DNA of 64,000 nucleotides from an uncultured Chloroflexia bacterium (GTDB lineage: Bacteria; Chloroflexota; Limnocylindria; Limnocylindrales; CSP1-4): NCBI GenBank assembly GCA_963764785.1, contig CAVXTU010000001.1, positions 930,643 through 994,642 of the forward strand, in the 5' to 3' direction. Numbering within the stretch: the first letter of the stretch is position 1; every line of letters starts with the position of its first letter. Both the position numbers and the translations under genes were made by a program. Under the pieces are notes generated by a model. The model was not told the origin of the DNA and did not search any database. It saw only the letters and a list, made by a program, of their open reading frames with translations. Shown one piece after another: positions 8,963 through 18,210 of this stretch.

Positions 8963-10698
8963 GGCAGGCACCGGGGGTCGTCGGGCTCCAGGCACACGGC
9001 ATAGAGCGCAGCGCTCGGTCGTGGCACCTGATCGGCCGCATCTCCGTCGAGTGGCAGCGGTGGGCCCAGCACGATCGGCTCGGAAAGCCAGGGCGGCCGT
9101 GTCTCACCAGTCAGGACGGGAAGGAGCGCACTGGTGATGTGATTGCCCTCAAGGGCCAGCCACCGAACGCCGTAGAGTCGCAGAGCCTCTTCAACGACGG
9201 GCAGGGGATCGTCAGGTGTCACGATCCCGGACCACCCGCCGTGGTAGCGATACGCTCCGGCATCGGGGCTCATGATGACGTCGCCGGGCGTTGCCTCCTC
9301 CTGGAGGGCAGCCAGGATGTCGAGCCGATTGTCACGCTCCTCGCGCCAGGCGGTGGCGGTGGTCAGGCTGGCAACGACGGACACCACGGCGATGACGCCG
9401 ACGGCGATGAAGCTGATGTTGCGAGTCGCGCGGGGAGGATCCCACGAGGGGCGGCGCGCCGCCACGGCACGAACCACGATCGCCAGGCCCAGCAGAGACA
9501 GCAGGTAGGCATGCGGTATCAGCGCGACCGCAGAATGGATGAAGGTCCCGAAGGGTACGTGGACAGCGGAGACCAGCGCCGTGAACGCGAACAGGGCGAA
9601 GGCGTAGATGATCCAGGGCGTGAAGTTGGGGTCGCGTCGGGATCGCCACCCCCCGACGAGCAACAGGGGCACGAGGACCACAAGCAGCGGCAGCGCGATG
9701 AAGATCAGCAGCGCATCCCAAAGTCCGCCGAGCCTGCTTTCGATGATCGCTGGGAGGCCTTGCCCGAGAAACGAGTCAAGCGTGGTCTCGGTGGAGACGC
9801 TATACAGCTCACGGTACTCGGTGATGAAAAGGATCCGGCCACCGACCGAAGAGGGCGACAGGGACCCGAAGACGTCGAGCTGGCGCAGCAGCCATGGTAC
9901 GGAGACCAGCGCGAAGCCGGCCAGGCACAGGATGGCCGGCCACCAGCCGATACGGGCAGCTCGTGGTGCCCGGAGCAGGTCGTACAGGAACGCCACAGCG
10001 AATGGAACGCCCAGCAAGATCCCGTCGTTGCGGGACAGGAATGCGACGCCGACCATCAGGCCCCCAAGTGCGAACGAGCGCCGGTCGCCCCGCAGTCCCC
10101 GTGCGCAGAGCCATAGCGCGAGCGCGCCGAGCAGCATGAATAGGGCGAAGTTGTCCGGTTGTCCGAGGTACGGCGAGACAGCGGCCGGCATGGCCACCAG
10201 GAGACCCGCCGCAGCCGCCTGCCAGACCGGCATGCCAGCGTCCCGGCCGATGAACCAGGTGAGTGGCGCTACCGCGGCGGCGGCCAGCCAGAATGGCAGG
10301 CTGGCCGCGAGCGCTGTCGGACCCAGGATCCAGATGAAGGGCACTTGTACGAGCGCCGCCAATGGCATCCAGTGAGCGTTCGACGGGATCGGCAGCACAC
10401 CGTGGGCCGGGAGCACCCCGCCGACCTCGACGAAGTTCCAGATGTAGTCCACATTGAATCCCCCGCCGGAGGCGAGCTCCCGCGCTACATTGGCGTAGTA
10501 GTAGGCGTCGGGATAGGCCGGCTCCATGAAGAGAGCCGCGGTAGCTGCGCGCACGACGAGGGCGATCGCGAAGAGCAGGATGGGGATCGCCATGGCCAGG
10601 ACACCGTAGCAACGCACGACCGTGCTCCCCGGGGGTACGAATGGGCCATGACCGGGGGCCATGATGTTCGGCCTGGTGCGGTGCTGTGGGCTCGGCAT
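8959..10698 (-). CDS. GT-C fold membrane glycosyltransferase, paralog of 7313-8962
   Basis: Motif EPAYPDAYYYANVARELASGGG and many TM helices; tandem with its paralog. The overlapping ORF 7365..9107 is an Arg-rich wrong frame. Confidence 0.7.
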   Translation of the reverse strand: MPSPQHRTRPNIMAPGHGPFVPPGSTVVRCYGVLAMAIPILLFAIALVVRAATAALFMEPAYPDAYYYANVARELASGGGFNVDYIWNFVEVGGVLPAHGVLPIPSNAHWMPLAALVQVPFIWILGPTALAASLPFWLAAAAVAPLTWFIGRDAGMPVWQAAAAGLLVAMPAAVSPYLGQPDNFALFMLLGALALWLCARGLRGDRRSFALGGLMVGVAFLSRNDGILLGVPFAVAFLYDLLRAPRAARIGWWPAILCLAGFALVSVPWLLRQLDVFGSLSPSSVGGRILFITEYRELYSVSTETTLDSFLGQGLPAIIESRLGGLWDALLIFIALPLLVVLVPLLLVGGWRSRRDPNFTPWIIYAFALFAFTALVSAVHVPFGTFIHSAVALIPHAYLLSLLGLAIVVRAVAARRPSWDPPRATRNISFIAVGVIAVVSVVASLTTATAWREERDNRLDILAALQEEATPGDVIMSPDAGAYRYHGGWSGIVTPDDPLPVVEEALRLYGVRWLALEGNHITSALLPVLTGETRPPWLSEPIVLGPPLPLDGDAADQVPRPSAALYAVCLEPDDPRCLP

Positions 10699-10804
10699 GG
10701 GACCATGGGGCCATCCTGGATCGCACCTGCGCCCGCTAGCCTGTCAGCGTGATGGACTATCGCCAGCCTCGAGCTGCGCTGCCGCCTCGCCTGCTGTCAC
10801 GACC

Positions 10805-11632
10805 ATGACGGCTGAACCCGGTCGCCCCAGTCTGACCATCGTGCTGCCGGCCTACAACGAGGCAGAGCGGATCGGGCCTGCCCTCGACGAGCTGTTCGGA
10901 TGGCTTCAGCGCGGGGGTCCGGCACGCTCGCGCGGCTACTCGGCCGACGAGCTTGGAAGCTGGGATGTCCTCGTCGTCGACGACGGCTCTGAGGATGCGA
11001 CGGTTGCGATCGTCGAGGCTCGACCAGAAGCCCAGCAGGTGGAACCCGGCACACCGCCTCGCCTCCGCGTGCTGCGGCGGCCACATGCGGGCAAGGGTGC
11101 GGCTGTGGAAGCCGGAGTCCTTGCCGCTGATGGTGACCTCGTCCTCTTCGCCGATGCCGACATGGCCACGCCACCTGACCAGATCCCGCTGCTGACCCGT
11201 GCCTTGGCCTCGCATGACGTCGCATTGGGCAGCCGCATCCAACCGGACGGGTCCGACCGGCGATCCAGTCAGCCCGGTTATCGACGCCTGCTTGGCCGTG
11301 TCTACCGCCTCATCGCTGGCGCCTGGGTCACCGGAGACGTGCCTGACACGCAATGCGGGTTCAAGGGCTTCCGCCGTGCTGCCGGCCAGGAAATCTTCGG
11401 CCGACTCAAGACAGATGGCATCGCCTTCGATGCAGAGGTCATCTACCTGGTGCGTCGACTTGGCTACCAGTACGCCATCGTGCCGGTCATGTGGCACGAC
11501 ATCCACGGCTCACGCATGCGCGTGCGGCCTGGCCTGGCCTTGAGTGTGTTGTGGGACCTGCTGCGCATCCCCTTCATCCATCGAGACGTCCGGGCCCGGC
11601 AGGCGACTCCGTCGCCCAGCGATCCGGGCTAG
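10805..11632 (+). CDS. GT2 polyprenol-phosphate hexosyltransferase (Ppm1/GtrB/DPM1-like)
   Basis: LTIVLPAYNEAERIGPALDEL...VLVVDDGSEDAT...FADADMATPP (DXD) ...QCGFKGFRR. Start at ATG 10805. Confidence 0.8.
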   Translation: MTAEPGRPSLTIVLPAYNEAERIGPALDELFGWLQRGGPARSRGYSADELGSWDVLVVDDGSEDATVAIVEARPEAQQVEPGTPPRLRVLRRPHAGKGAAVEAGVLAADGDLVLFADADMATPPDQIPLLTRALASHDVALGSRIQPDGSDRRSSQPGYRRLLGRVYRLIAGAWVTGDVPDTQCGFKGFRRAAGQEIFGRLKTDGIAFDAEVIYLVRRLGYQYAIVPVMWHDIHGSRMRVRPGLALSVLWDLLRIPFIHRDVRARQATPSPSDPG

Positions 11633-11672
11633 CGCGAGTTCGAGCACGGCGCTCGTGGGCGATCTCTGACCG

Positions 11673-12746
11673 TCAGGGGCGGAGGACGCTCCAGTAGCGC
11701 TCGGCCGCGCCCGTATCGACCCCTCCAGCCTCGGCCACGCGCGCCGCGTAGCCTGTCACGGCATCGAGCATGCCCTGCTCACTCTCGAACAGCCGCTGGA
11801 CCTGGCTGGCATACATGAGCAATCCCGCATTCTTGCGCTCCAGCTGGTCGCTGATGTCCGAATAGCGAGCCTCCAGAGCCATGCCGGGCGGTATCGCGGC
11901 ACCCAGCGTCGCCAGGTCGGCGGCACCCGCGAACCCCGACCACCAGGCATAGGGAAAGTCCTCATAGAAGGAGATGCTGCCGGCCAGGTCCGGGACGGGC
12001 ATGACCCAGGCTTCCTCGTCGGCGCCTATCGCCAAGCCGGCATCCCGGACCAGCCGATGGTCCACATGACCGCCGACACCCAGCGGGAAGTACACGCGCT
12101 GCGGCTCGAGCCTGAGGATCTCCCGCCGAAGGATGTCCGTCGGTGGCTCGTCATCCTCGAATGGCTGGCCCAGGCGGGCGTCGTCATCCTCATATCCGCG
12201 ATGGATAGCGTCGGGCAGGTCGAGATCGACGATCGCCGCCTCGATGAAGTACGCGTATCGTTCGTCTTCTGCCTTGCGCATGGCTGTCGCATCGCCTGCC
12301 GCCAGATCACGGACTGCGAGCGTGCCCTGGGTGGAGACGTCGTCGCGCAAGGGCCGATCTTCATGGCTGTCGTTGGTGATGTTGGCGCTCCGCGTCCACG
12401 CGGCTCGCTGCCAGAACTGGCGCGCCTGGGTGTTGGCGCGGTCTTGCGTCACGGCCATGCGCTCAGGATCAGCCTGCCACGGCGCCGCCACGGCGGTCGA
12501 TCCCGAGACCGGGTATTCGGCGGCGATATTGGAGCGATCGAAGGCCTGGGTGTTGGGGTGGAGTGCCTTGGTACCGAACCCAAGGGCGACACGTCGATAG
12601 TCGTCGAACTCGACGCCAGCGTCAGGTCCGCCGGAATAGACCGTCAGGATGGTAACGGTCTGACCGAGCTCGCGAAGGCTGGCGATGAGGCCGCCACAGG
12701 AAAGGGCGACATCGTCTGGATGTGGTGCCACGAAGACATGTGTCAT
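11673..12746 (-). CDS. PIG-L/LmbE family N-acetylglucosaminyl deacetylase with ~200-aa C-terminal extension
   Basis: MTHVFVAPHPDDVALSCGGLIASL matches the LmbE/PIG-L signature (HPDDE + GG). Confidence 0.7.
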   Translation of the reverse strand: MTHVFVAPHPDDVALSCGGLIASLRELGQTVTILTVYSGGPDAGVEFDDYRRVALGFGTKALHPNTQAFDRSNIAAEYPVSGSTAVAAPWQADPERMAVTQDRANTQARQFWQRAAWTRSANITNDSHEDRPLRDDVSTQGTLAVRDLAAGDATAMRKAEDERYAYFIEAAIVDLDLPDAIHRGYEDDDARLGQPFEDDEPPTDILRREILRLEPQRVYFPLGVGGHVDHRLVRDAGLAIGADEEAWVMPVPDLAGSISFYEDFPYAWWSGFAGAADLATLGAAIPPGMALEARYSDISDQLERKNAGLLMYASQVQRLFESEQGMLDAVTGYAARVAEAGGVDTGAAERYWSVLRP

Positions 12747-12781
12747 CGCTCGCGAGGATAGCATCGGGCCATCGGGTTGGA

Positions 12782-13414
12782 TCAGTCGGGGTGGCCATAC
12801 TGCCCGACTAGGGGCACGAAGACGCACGACTCACTCGTCCGCGTGGTCACATCTCGGCCCCGTCGGTGGACCACGGTGATGCGTTGCGACGAGCGAGTCC
12901 CGATCGGGATGACCAGGCGTCCGCCGTCCGCCAGTTGAGCGACCAGGGGCCCTGGGACGCTCGGCGCGCCAGCACCGACCACGATGCCGGCATACGGCGC
13001 GTGATCCGACACGCCCAGGCTGCCGTCCGCCACCACGATGTCGACGTCGTAGCCGAGACCTGCGAGTCGGTCTCGTGCTGCCTCGGCGAGCTCAGCATCC
13101 CGCTCGACCGAGACGACGCGACCGCCGAGCTGCGCGAGCACGGCAGCCTGATAGCCCGAGCCCGTCCCAACGTCAAGGAACGTGGGGCCATCGCCCGGCC
13201 ACGGCCAGCCAAGTTCGACCAATCCCAGGGCCTGCGTCATCAGCGCGACCATGAACGGCTGCGAGATCGTCTGGCTCCGGCCGATGGCGAGCGCGCCATC
13301 CGAATACGCCTGACCCCGCTGGCCGGGTGGCACGAAGGCTTCCCGCGGGACCACGCCCAGTGCGGCGAGTGTCGCCGGGTCATGGATGCCGCGAGCCTGC
13401 AGCTGGGAGCGCAC
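12782..13414 (-). CDS. pcm: Protein-L-isoaspartate O-methyltransferase
   Basis: MVRSQLQARGIHDPATLAALGVVPREAFVP...LDVGTGSGYQAAVLAQL...VVSVERDAELAE. The upstream RPRPLL portion of the track ORF is an alternate-frame read-through. Confidence 0.8.
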   Translation of the reverse strand: MRSQLQARGIHDPATLAALGVVPREAFVPPGQRGQAYSDGALAIGRSQTISQPFMVALMTQALGLVELGWPWPGDGPTFLDVGTGSGYQAAVLAQLGGRVVSVERDAELAEAARDRLAGLGYDVDIVVADGSLGVSDHAPYAGIVVGAGAPSVPGPLVAQLADGGRLVIPIGTRSSQRITVVHRRGRDVTTRTSESCVFVPLVGQYGHPD

Positions 13415-13502
13415 CATCTGTCTGCGCGCAACTGCGAACTCGTCGTGCCTGGATCCGACGTCGTTTTGGTTCACCCCATGTCGACGAGGCCCGTGTGCGG
13501 GT

Positions 13503-14171
13503 TCATGGCTGAGGCGTGAAGCACGGGACCGGAGATGGCGCGTCGGAAGCCCCGGGCGACGGGTCGGGCGATGGGCACGGTCCGATGGATGGTGTTCGCG
13601 ACGCGGAGGGCTGCGACGTCGGTGTGGCCGTGGGTTCGGGCGTCGGGGACGCGGTCGGCTCAGGAGTGGGCGAGGCCGTCGGCTCAGGAGTGGGCGTGGC
13701 CGTCGGCTCAGGAGTGGGCGTGGCCGTCGGCTCAGGAGTTGGCGACGCGGTCGGTCCCGAAGTGGGCGTGGCCGTGGGCTTGGGCGTTGGTGAGGCAGTT
13801 GGCTCGAGTGTCGGCGATGCCGAGGGCGAGACACTGGGCCCAGCGCTAGCAGAGGCCAGCGGGCTCGCGCTCAGGCTTGGCTCGGGCGATGGGGAAGATC
13901 CGCTGGAGAAGATATCTGCGAGCAAGCCGCCGCGTCCGAGCAGGATGGCGTACGCGAAGATCAGGGCGAACACCGCGATGATGATCGCCACCCACCACTT
14001 GCTGACGGGGTCGTCGATGTACGGGATCTCGTCGCCGCCTCTTGCCACGGGCGTCCTTGGGGGAACAGTCGTGGTACCGGATGCAGGTTCCAGTTCTCCC
14101 GGGGCTTCGACCGGCGATTCCGGCATCTCCCCTTCGGAGATAGCGTCTTCAGGCTTGTTCTGGTCGGTCAT
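13503..14171 (-). CDS. Single-pass membrane protein with Pro/Thr-rich TPEPTA(T/S)P repeat linker
   Basis: One TM helix (WWVAIIIAVFALIFAYAILL) followed by ~12 PTxPE octapeptide repeats. Confidence 0.55.
   Translation of the reverse strand: MTDQNKPEDAISEGEMPESPVEAPGELEPASGTTTVPPRTPVARGGDEIPYIDDPVSKWWVAIIIAVFALIFAYAILLGRGGLLADIFSSGSSPSPEPSLSASPLASASAGPSVSPSASPTLEPTASPTPKPTATPTSGPTASPTPEPTATPTPEPTATPTPEPTASPTPEPTASPTPEPTATPTSQPSASRTPSIGPCPSPDPSPGASDAPSPVPCFTPQP
13650..13820. repeat. Degenerate 24-bp tandem repeat (~7 copies) encoding the TPEPTATP linker
   Basis: gccgtcggctcaggagtgggcgtg repeated head-to-tail on + strand. Confidence 0.7.
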
Positions 14172-14281
14172 GCAGCGGAGCTCTCCCTGGTCGGTCTTCA
14201 GGCCTGTTGCGGGCTGTCGAAGCCCTCACCGGAGGAAACGGATCCCCTCGATTATCGCGGGGACGCGTTCGACGTGCCGAA

Positions 14282-16270
14282 CTATGCGTCACGAACCGCC
14301 GGAAGCCAAGCTGCCAGGACTGCGGCGATGACGGTCAGGACGCCGGTCGCCGCGATGATGGCTCCGGCATCGACAAGGTCCGCCAGGCCAGCGCTCACGG
14401 CCATGGCACCGGTCAAGGCGCCCATCACGATGCTCGAACGGATGGCGACGACGCGGCCCATCATGCCAGGAGGCGTACGTTCTGCGAAGAGGGTCTGACT
14501 GGGGATGACGTATACCAGGTTGAAGATCCCGATGACGACGGCGGCACCGATGGCCAGCAGCTCGTTGGACGTCAGGCCGAGCACGATAGTGGCCAGGCCC
14601 ATAACGGCAAATCCGGTGATGACCAGCCAGCCCTTGCGTAGTCGCGCCCCGATGGCTCCGATCACGAAGCCCCCGACGAGGTTCCCGAGGCCGATAGCAG
14701 CCTCAAGGATGGCGTAGTTCTCGGGGTACGCGATGGCGTCGCCGGCCAGCGACTGTTGCGCGTAAACCACCATCAGCGCGAGCGTCGCCCCGATGGACAG
14801 CTGGGCGACAACGCTCACCAGGGTGTTCTGGAAGAGTGCGGCCTCGTTGCGAAGGAACTGCCAGCCCTCGCGCAGCTCAATCACAAAGCCGCTGAGTGCT
14901 CCGCGCACCTGGAGCGCCGCCGCATGCGCCACTGGCGGGATGATCAGTCCTGCCAGGAGGACAGCGCTCACGACATAGGTCACCGCGTCCACCCAGAAGG
15001 CGAGCGCCAGGTTGACACCCAGGAACGCCACGAATACACCGGCCAGTGGATAGCCCGCGATATCGGCTATGGTCTCGCCGGTCCAGATGGCGCCATTGGC
15101 CGGCGTCAGATCTTCTCGCCGGACGATGCGCGGGATGATGGCCGCCTTGGCTGGACGGAAGAACAGGCTGATGGTGGTGACCACGAAGACGACTGGGTAG
15201 ACCAGCCAGACGTTGAATTCGACGATGAAAGGCAGCGTGAGGACGAGGCCCGCGCGTAGCAAGTCGCTGACGATCATCACCCGCTTCTGGTCCCAACGAT
15301 CGACGAAGGTGCCTGCGATAGGCCCCAGGAACAGGTTCGGGAGCGAGGCGGCCAGAAAGACGAGGCCGGTCAGCGTCGCCGAGTCGGTCAGGGACAAGAC
15401 CATGACGCCAAGGGCGACCTGGTGGAGCCGATCGCCGAATAGGCTGATGGTTCCGGCAAGCCAGAAGGTGGAGAAGCGCGCGTCCCGCGCCAGACGGACA
15501 TAGGGGTGCTCTCTGATCCGCTGACCGAGCGTGGTCGGGACGGCAGCGGGGACGGTCGGAGTCGTGACAGCAGCGGGCCCGTCCATGGATGCCGGTGGGG
15601 CGGCGCCCATGCCGCTACCAAGGATCGCCGGTCTGGTGACTACGATCGGCCTTGCCATAGGCGTCACCTTCTCGGCCTCTGGCCGATCGCTCCACAGGGT
15701 CACCACGCCCTCGTCGGGATCGGAAGTGCCACGTGCGATGGCCGAGAACAGGAACCACGCCACACCAGCGGCCAGCAGGACATCGCCGATGCTGATGACA
15801 TTGGCGAGGAACGGAAGCATCACAGGCAGGACGTCGCCGATCGGCCCACCCCGGAGCAGGAACTCGACACCTAGTTGCGTCGGCAGAAGGACGTGGAAGG
15901 TGGGGGACAAGTCGGTCGTGGAGAGACCCGTCATCTCGACCGCCGGAAGATAGACCGGCATGAACCCGTCATTGAGGACGATGGCGAGACCGTTGGCGCT
16001 AACGCCCACCATCGCGAGCAGGAGCCCTGGCTGGGAGCGGTTCAGCCACAGCGAGAACGCGAGCAGACCAAAGGAGATCGCGAACAATGGCAGCCGCAGC
16101 TGGTCGATGACCTCGACACCCTGGTCGATCAGCCACTGGGTAGCGATCCTCAGCAGCAGTGCCGCCACGATGAGCGCGCCATACCGCAGCCGCGCCGACA
16201 GCAGGTTGCTGAGGCGACCACCGGCCAACAAGCCGGCGATGACGCCAAGGATGACTGCGATCAGGAGCAT
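14282..16270 (-). CDS. Fusion: ~250-aa N-terminal polytopic membrane domain of unknown function + C-terminal MFS transporter
   Basis: N-terminal hydrophobic segments, an Ala/Pro/Thr linker, then MFS helices (FWLAGTISLFGDRLHQVALGVMVL... FVDRWDQKRVMIVSDLLRA). Confidence 0.6.
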   Translation of the reverse strand: MLLIAVILGVIAGLLAGGRLSNLLSARLRYGALIVAALLLRIATQWLIDQGVEVIDQLRLPLFAISFGLLAFSLWLNRSQPGLLLAMVGVSANGLAIVLNDGFMPVYLPAVEMTGLSTTDLSPTFHVLLPTQLGVEFLLRGGPIGDVLPVMLPFLANVISIGDVLLAAGVAWFLFSAIARGTSDPDEGVVTLWSDRPEAEKVTPMARPIVVTRPAILGSGMGAAPPASMDGPAAVTTPTVPAAVPTTLGQRIREHPYVRLARDARFSTFWLAGTISLFGDRLHQVALGVMVLSLTDSATLTGLVFLAASLPNLFLGPIAGTFVDRWDQKRVMIVSDLLRAGLVLTLPFIVEFNVWLVYPVVFVVTTISLFFRPAKAAIIPRIVRREDLTPANGAIWTGETIADIAGYPLAGVFVAFLGVNLALAFWVDAVTYVVSAVLLAGLIIPPVAHAAALQVRGALSGFVIELREGWQFLRNEAALFQNTLVSVVAQLSIGATLALMVVYAQQSLAGDAIAYPENYAILEAAIGLGNLVGGFVIGAIGARLRKGWLVITGFAVMGLATIVLGLTSNELLAIGAAVVIGIFNLVYVIPSQTLFAERTPPGMMGRVVAIRSSIVMGALTGAMAVSAGLADLVDAGAIIAATGVLTVIAAVLAAWLPAVRDA

Positions 16271-16371
16271 GCGGGCGAATTCATCCGCTGATCGGCGTCA
16301 CGCACATGGCTCGGACAGGCATGATCCTTCGGTCGCGAGCGACGGCCCGCCGTCTGCTCGGAAAGTCCCGA

Positions 16372-17784
16372 CTAGGGTTCTGCCGGAGCCGAATTCGACG
16401 AAAGCGCACCCTTGGTCCGTGATGACGCGACCTGCCCCAGCGTCGGCACGGCAGTGGGTTTGCGTTCAGGCGCCCCCGGCTCATCGCCGTCCTCGTCGAT
16501 GGCCGTCGCTGTCTTCGTCCTGGCGAACGCTTCGACCACGTTCGGGTCGAACTGGATACCGGCGTACCGATGCAATTCCTCGAGGGCTTCGGCGGGTGTC
16601 AGCGGGATCGGTCGGTATGGGCGGGCAGCTGTCATGGCTTCGAAGGCATCGGCTACGTGAAGCACACGCGCCAGGAGCGGGATCTCCTCGCCGATGAGGC
16701 GATCTGGATAGCCGGAGCCGTTGTACCACTCGTGATGATGGCGGATCAGCGGCCGTTCATTGGCGAGTTGATCGACGTCCTTGAGAATCTCCTCGCCCTT
16801 GGCTGGATGCTCGTTCATGAGCATCCGTTCCTCGCGAGTAAGTCGTTCAGGCTTCAGCAGAACATCGTCGCGAATGCCGATCTTGCCGATGTCATGGAGG
16901 AGTCCTGCCCATTCCAGCTGCTCCAGCTGGGACTCGCTCAGGCTCATGGCATGGCCGATCTCGACGGCGATGCCGGAGACGTGCTCAGAGTGCCTCTTCG
17001 TGGACGGATCCCGAGCGTCGATGGCCGACGCGAGAGCGCGGACCGTCTGCGTGAACATGTTGCGGATGTCGACGACTGCCTTGTACGCCGCGCGCGTGGT
17101 GTAGAGCGGCAAGGCGAACACGAAGGCTACCAACGGGCCAACGAACAAGTACGCGAGGGCCATGAGCCAAGCGATAGGGGTCAACCCCACCATTGCGAGG
17201 CCGACGGAGCGCAGGTCCGACTCCAAGACTGCTCGATAAGGCCGCCCTTCTCGGATGGCGACCGCCAAGGACGACAGCGCCGTACTCGATATCACATAGA
17301 CGACACCGGCAGCTACCGCACCAGCTAGGCCGAGCGGCGTGGCGATACCCGCTCCCGAACTCACCACAATGAAGACAATTCCGGTGATCACGGCCGGAAT
17401 CACAATAAACGTGTGGTTGTAGACCAACCCGTACCACGGCACGTTCCCCCGGACCTCGCGCCACTCCAGGGTCCCAATCGCCGCCACGACAGCGGCGGCC
17501 GTTGGACCGCCAAGGAGTGCGGCAGCGATGACAGGGGCAGCCGAAACGCTCACCAGCGAGCCACGTGGGACATGGACAGGGGCCCCGGACGCAATCAGGG
17601 CAACCGAGATCCAGAAAGCTGGCGCCAGGAATCCTGAAATGGGCCCGTCAAAGTCGTTAACGGGCCAAATCAGCCAACTGCCAACAAGCAGTGCCGTTGC
17701 CACTACTGGGATGGCGGCCAGCAGGATTCGGAGGTCTCTCGTCAAGTCTGGTCGACTCCTGATTACCGACAGGAAGGTCGCCAA
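16372..17784 (-). CDS. Membrane-anchored HD-GYP domain c-di-GMP phosphodiesterase
   Basis: N-terminal multi-TM region, then HD (LLHDIGKIGI) and HHEWYNGSGYP (GYP) motifs. Confidence 0.8.
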   Translation of the reverse strand: MATFLSVIRSRPDLTRDLRILLAAIPVVATALLVGSWLIWPVNDFDGPISGFLAPAFWISVALIASGAPVHVPRGSLVSVSAAPVIAAALLGGPTAAAVVAAIGTLEWREVRGNVPWYGLVYNHTFIVIPAVITGIVFIVVSSGAGIATPLGLAGAVAAGVVYVISSTALSSLAVAIREGRPYRAVLESDLRSVGLAMVGLTPIAWLMALAYLFVGPLVAFVFALPLYTTRAAYKAVVDIRNMFTQTVRALASAIDARDPSTKRHSEHVSGIAVEIGHAMSLSESQLEQLEWAGLLHDIGKIGIRDDVLLKPERLTREERMLMNEHPAKGEEILKDVDQLANERPLIRHHHEWYNGSGYPDRLIGEEIPLLARVLHVADAFEAMTAARPYRPIPLTPAEALEELHRYAGIQFDPNVVEAFARTKTATAIDEDGDEPGAPERKPTAVPTLGQVASSRTKGALSSNSAPAEP

Positions 17785-18210
17785 GTATCGCGGACGTCCT
17801 TGCTAACTCCCCATCCATCCTTGGTACCAGGACTGCCATGACCCAATCAGATTGGTCGAATGCTTGCGCTGCCAGCGATTACAAGAGTTGCCACAAGTGT
17901 CGTAAGCAGCGCAAGCCTCGTAAGCATGTTGCGAGGCATTGTGGCTACCAGGGCTTGATGCCAGCGTTGGGACCCATTTGGTTTTCCCCTTCCAAACCCG
18001 AGGCCCACAAGCAAGCGTGCCTCAAGGTGTTGAGGAACGTACCTCGCACTCGTGAGTAGATCCCCTCTCTCGAGCTCTACGCAACTTGCGACGTAGCGTT
18101 CCATGAACCGTTGCAGCCAAGTCGGCTACGTCAACCAAGATAGGTACGAGTCGAATGAGCACCTATAGGTACTAGTACGTACAGTCCGTTGCGCAGCCGC
18201 CTGAGTTGGG

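Noticed and set aside
7365-9107. 580-aa minus-strand ORF overlapping both GT-C genes
   Set aside because: The product is Arg/Gly/Pro-rich (typical high-GC wrong frame). The overlapping frames encode multi-TM proteins with the GT-C loop motif.
12057-12761. 234-aa + strand ORF opposite the PIG-L gene
   Set aside because: Antisense to an ORF carrying the HPDD(V)...GG LmbE signature; no motifs of its own.
13386-13849. Arg/Gly-rich + ORFs and the RPRPLL N-terminal extension of the pcm track ORF
   Set aside because: Alternate-frame translations of the 24-bp PT-repeat DNA.
17800-18210. Lower-GC intergenic stretch checked for tRNA/ncRNA
   Set aside because: No canonical tRNA T-arm (GGTTCGAAT-like) or cloverleaf could be recognised by eye. 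It is treated as the promoter/leader of the STAND-SARP gene.
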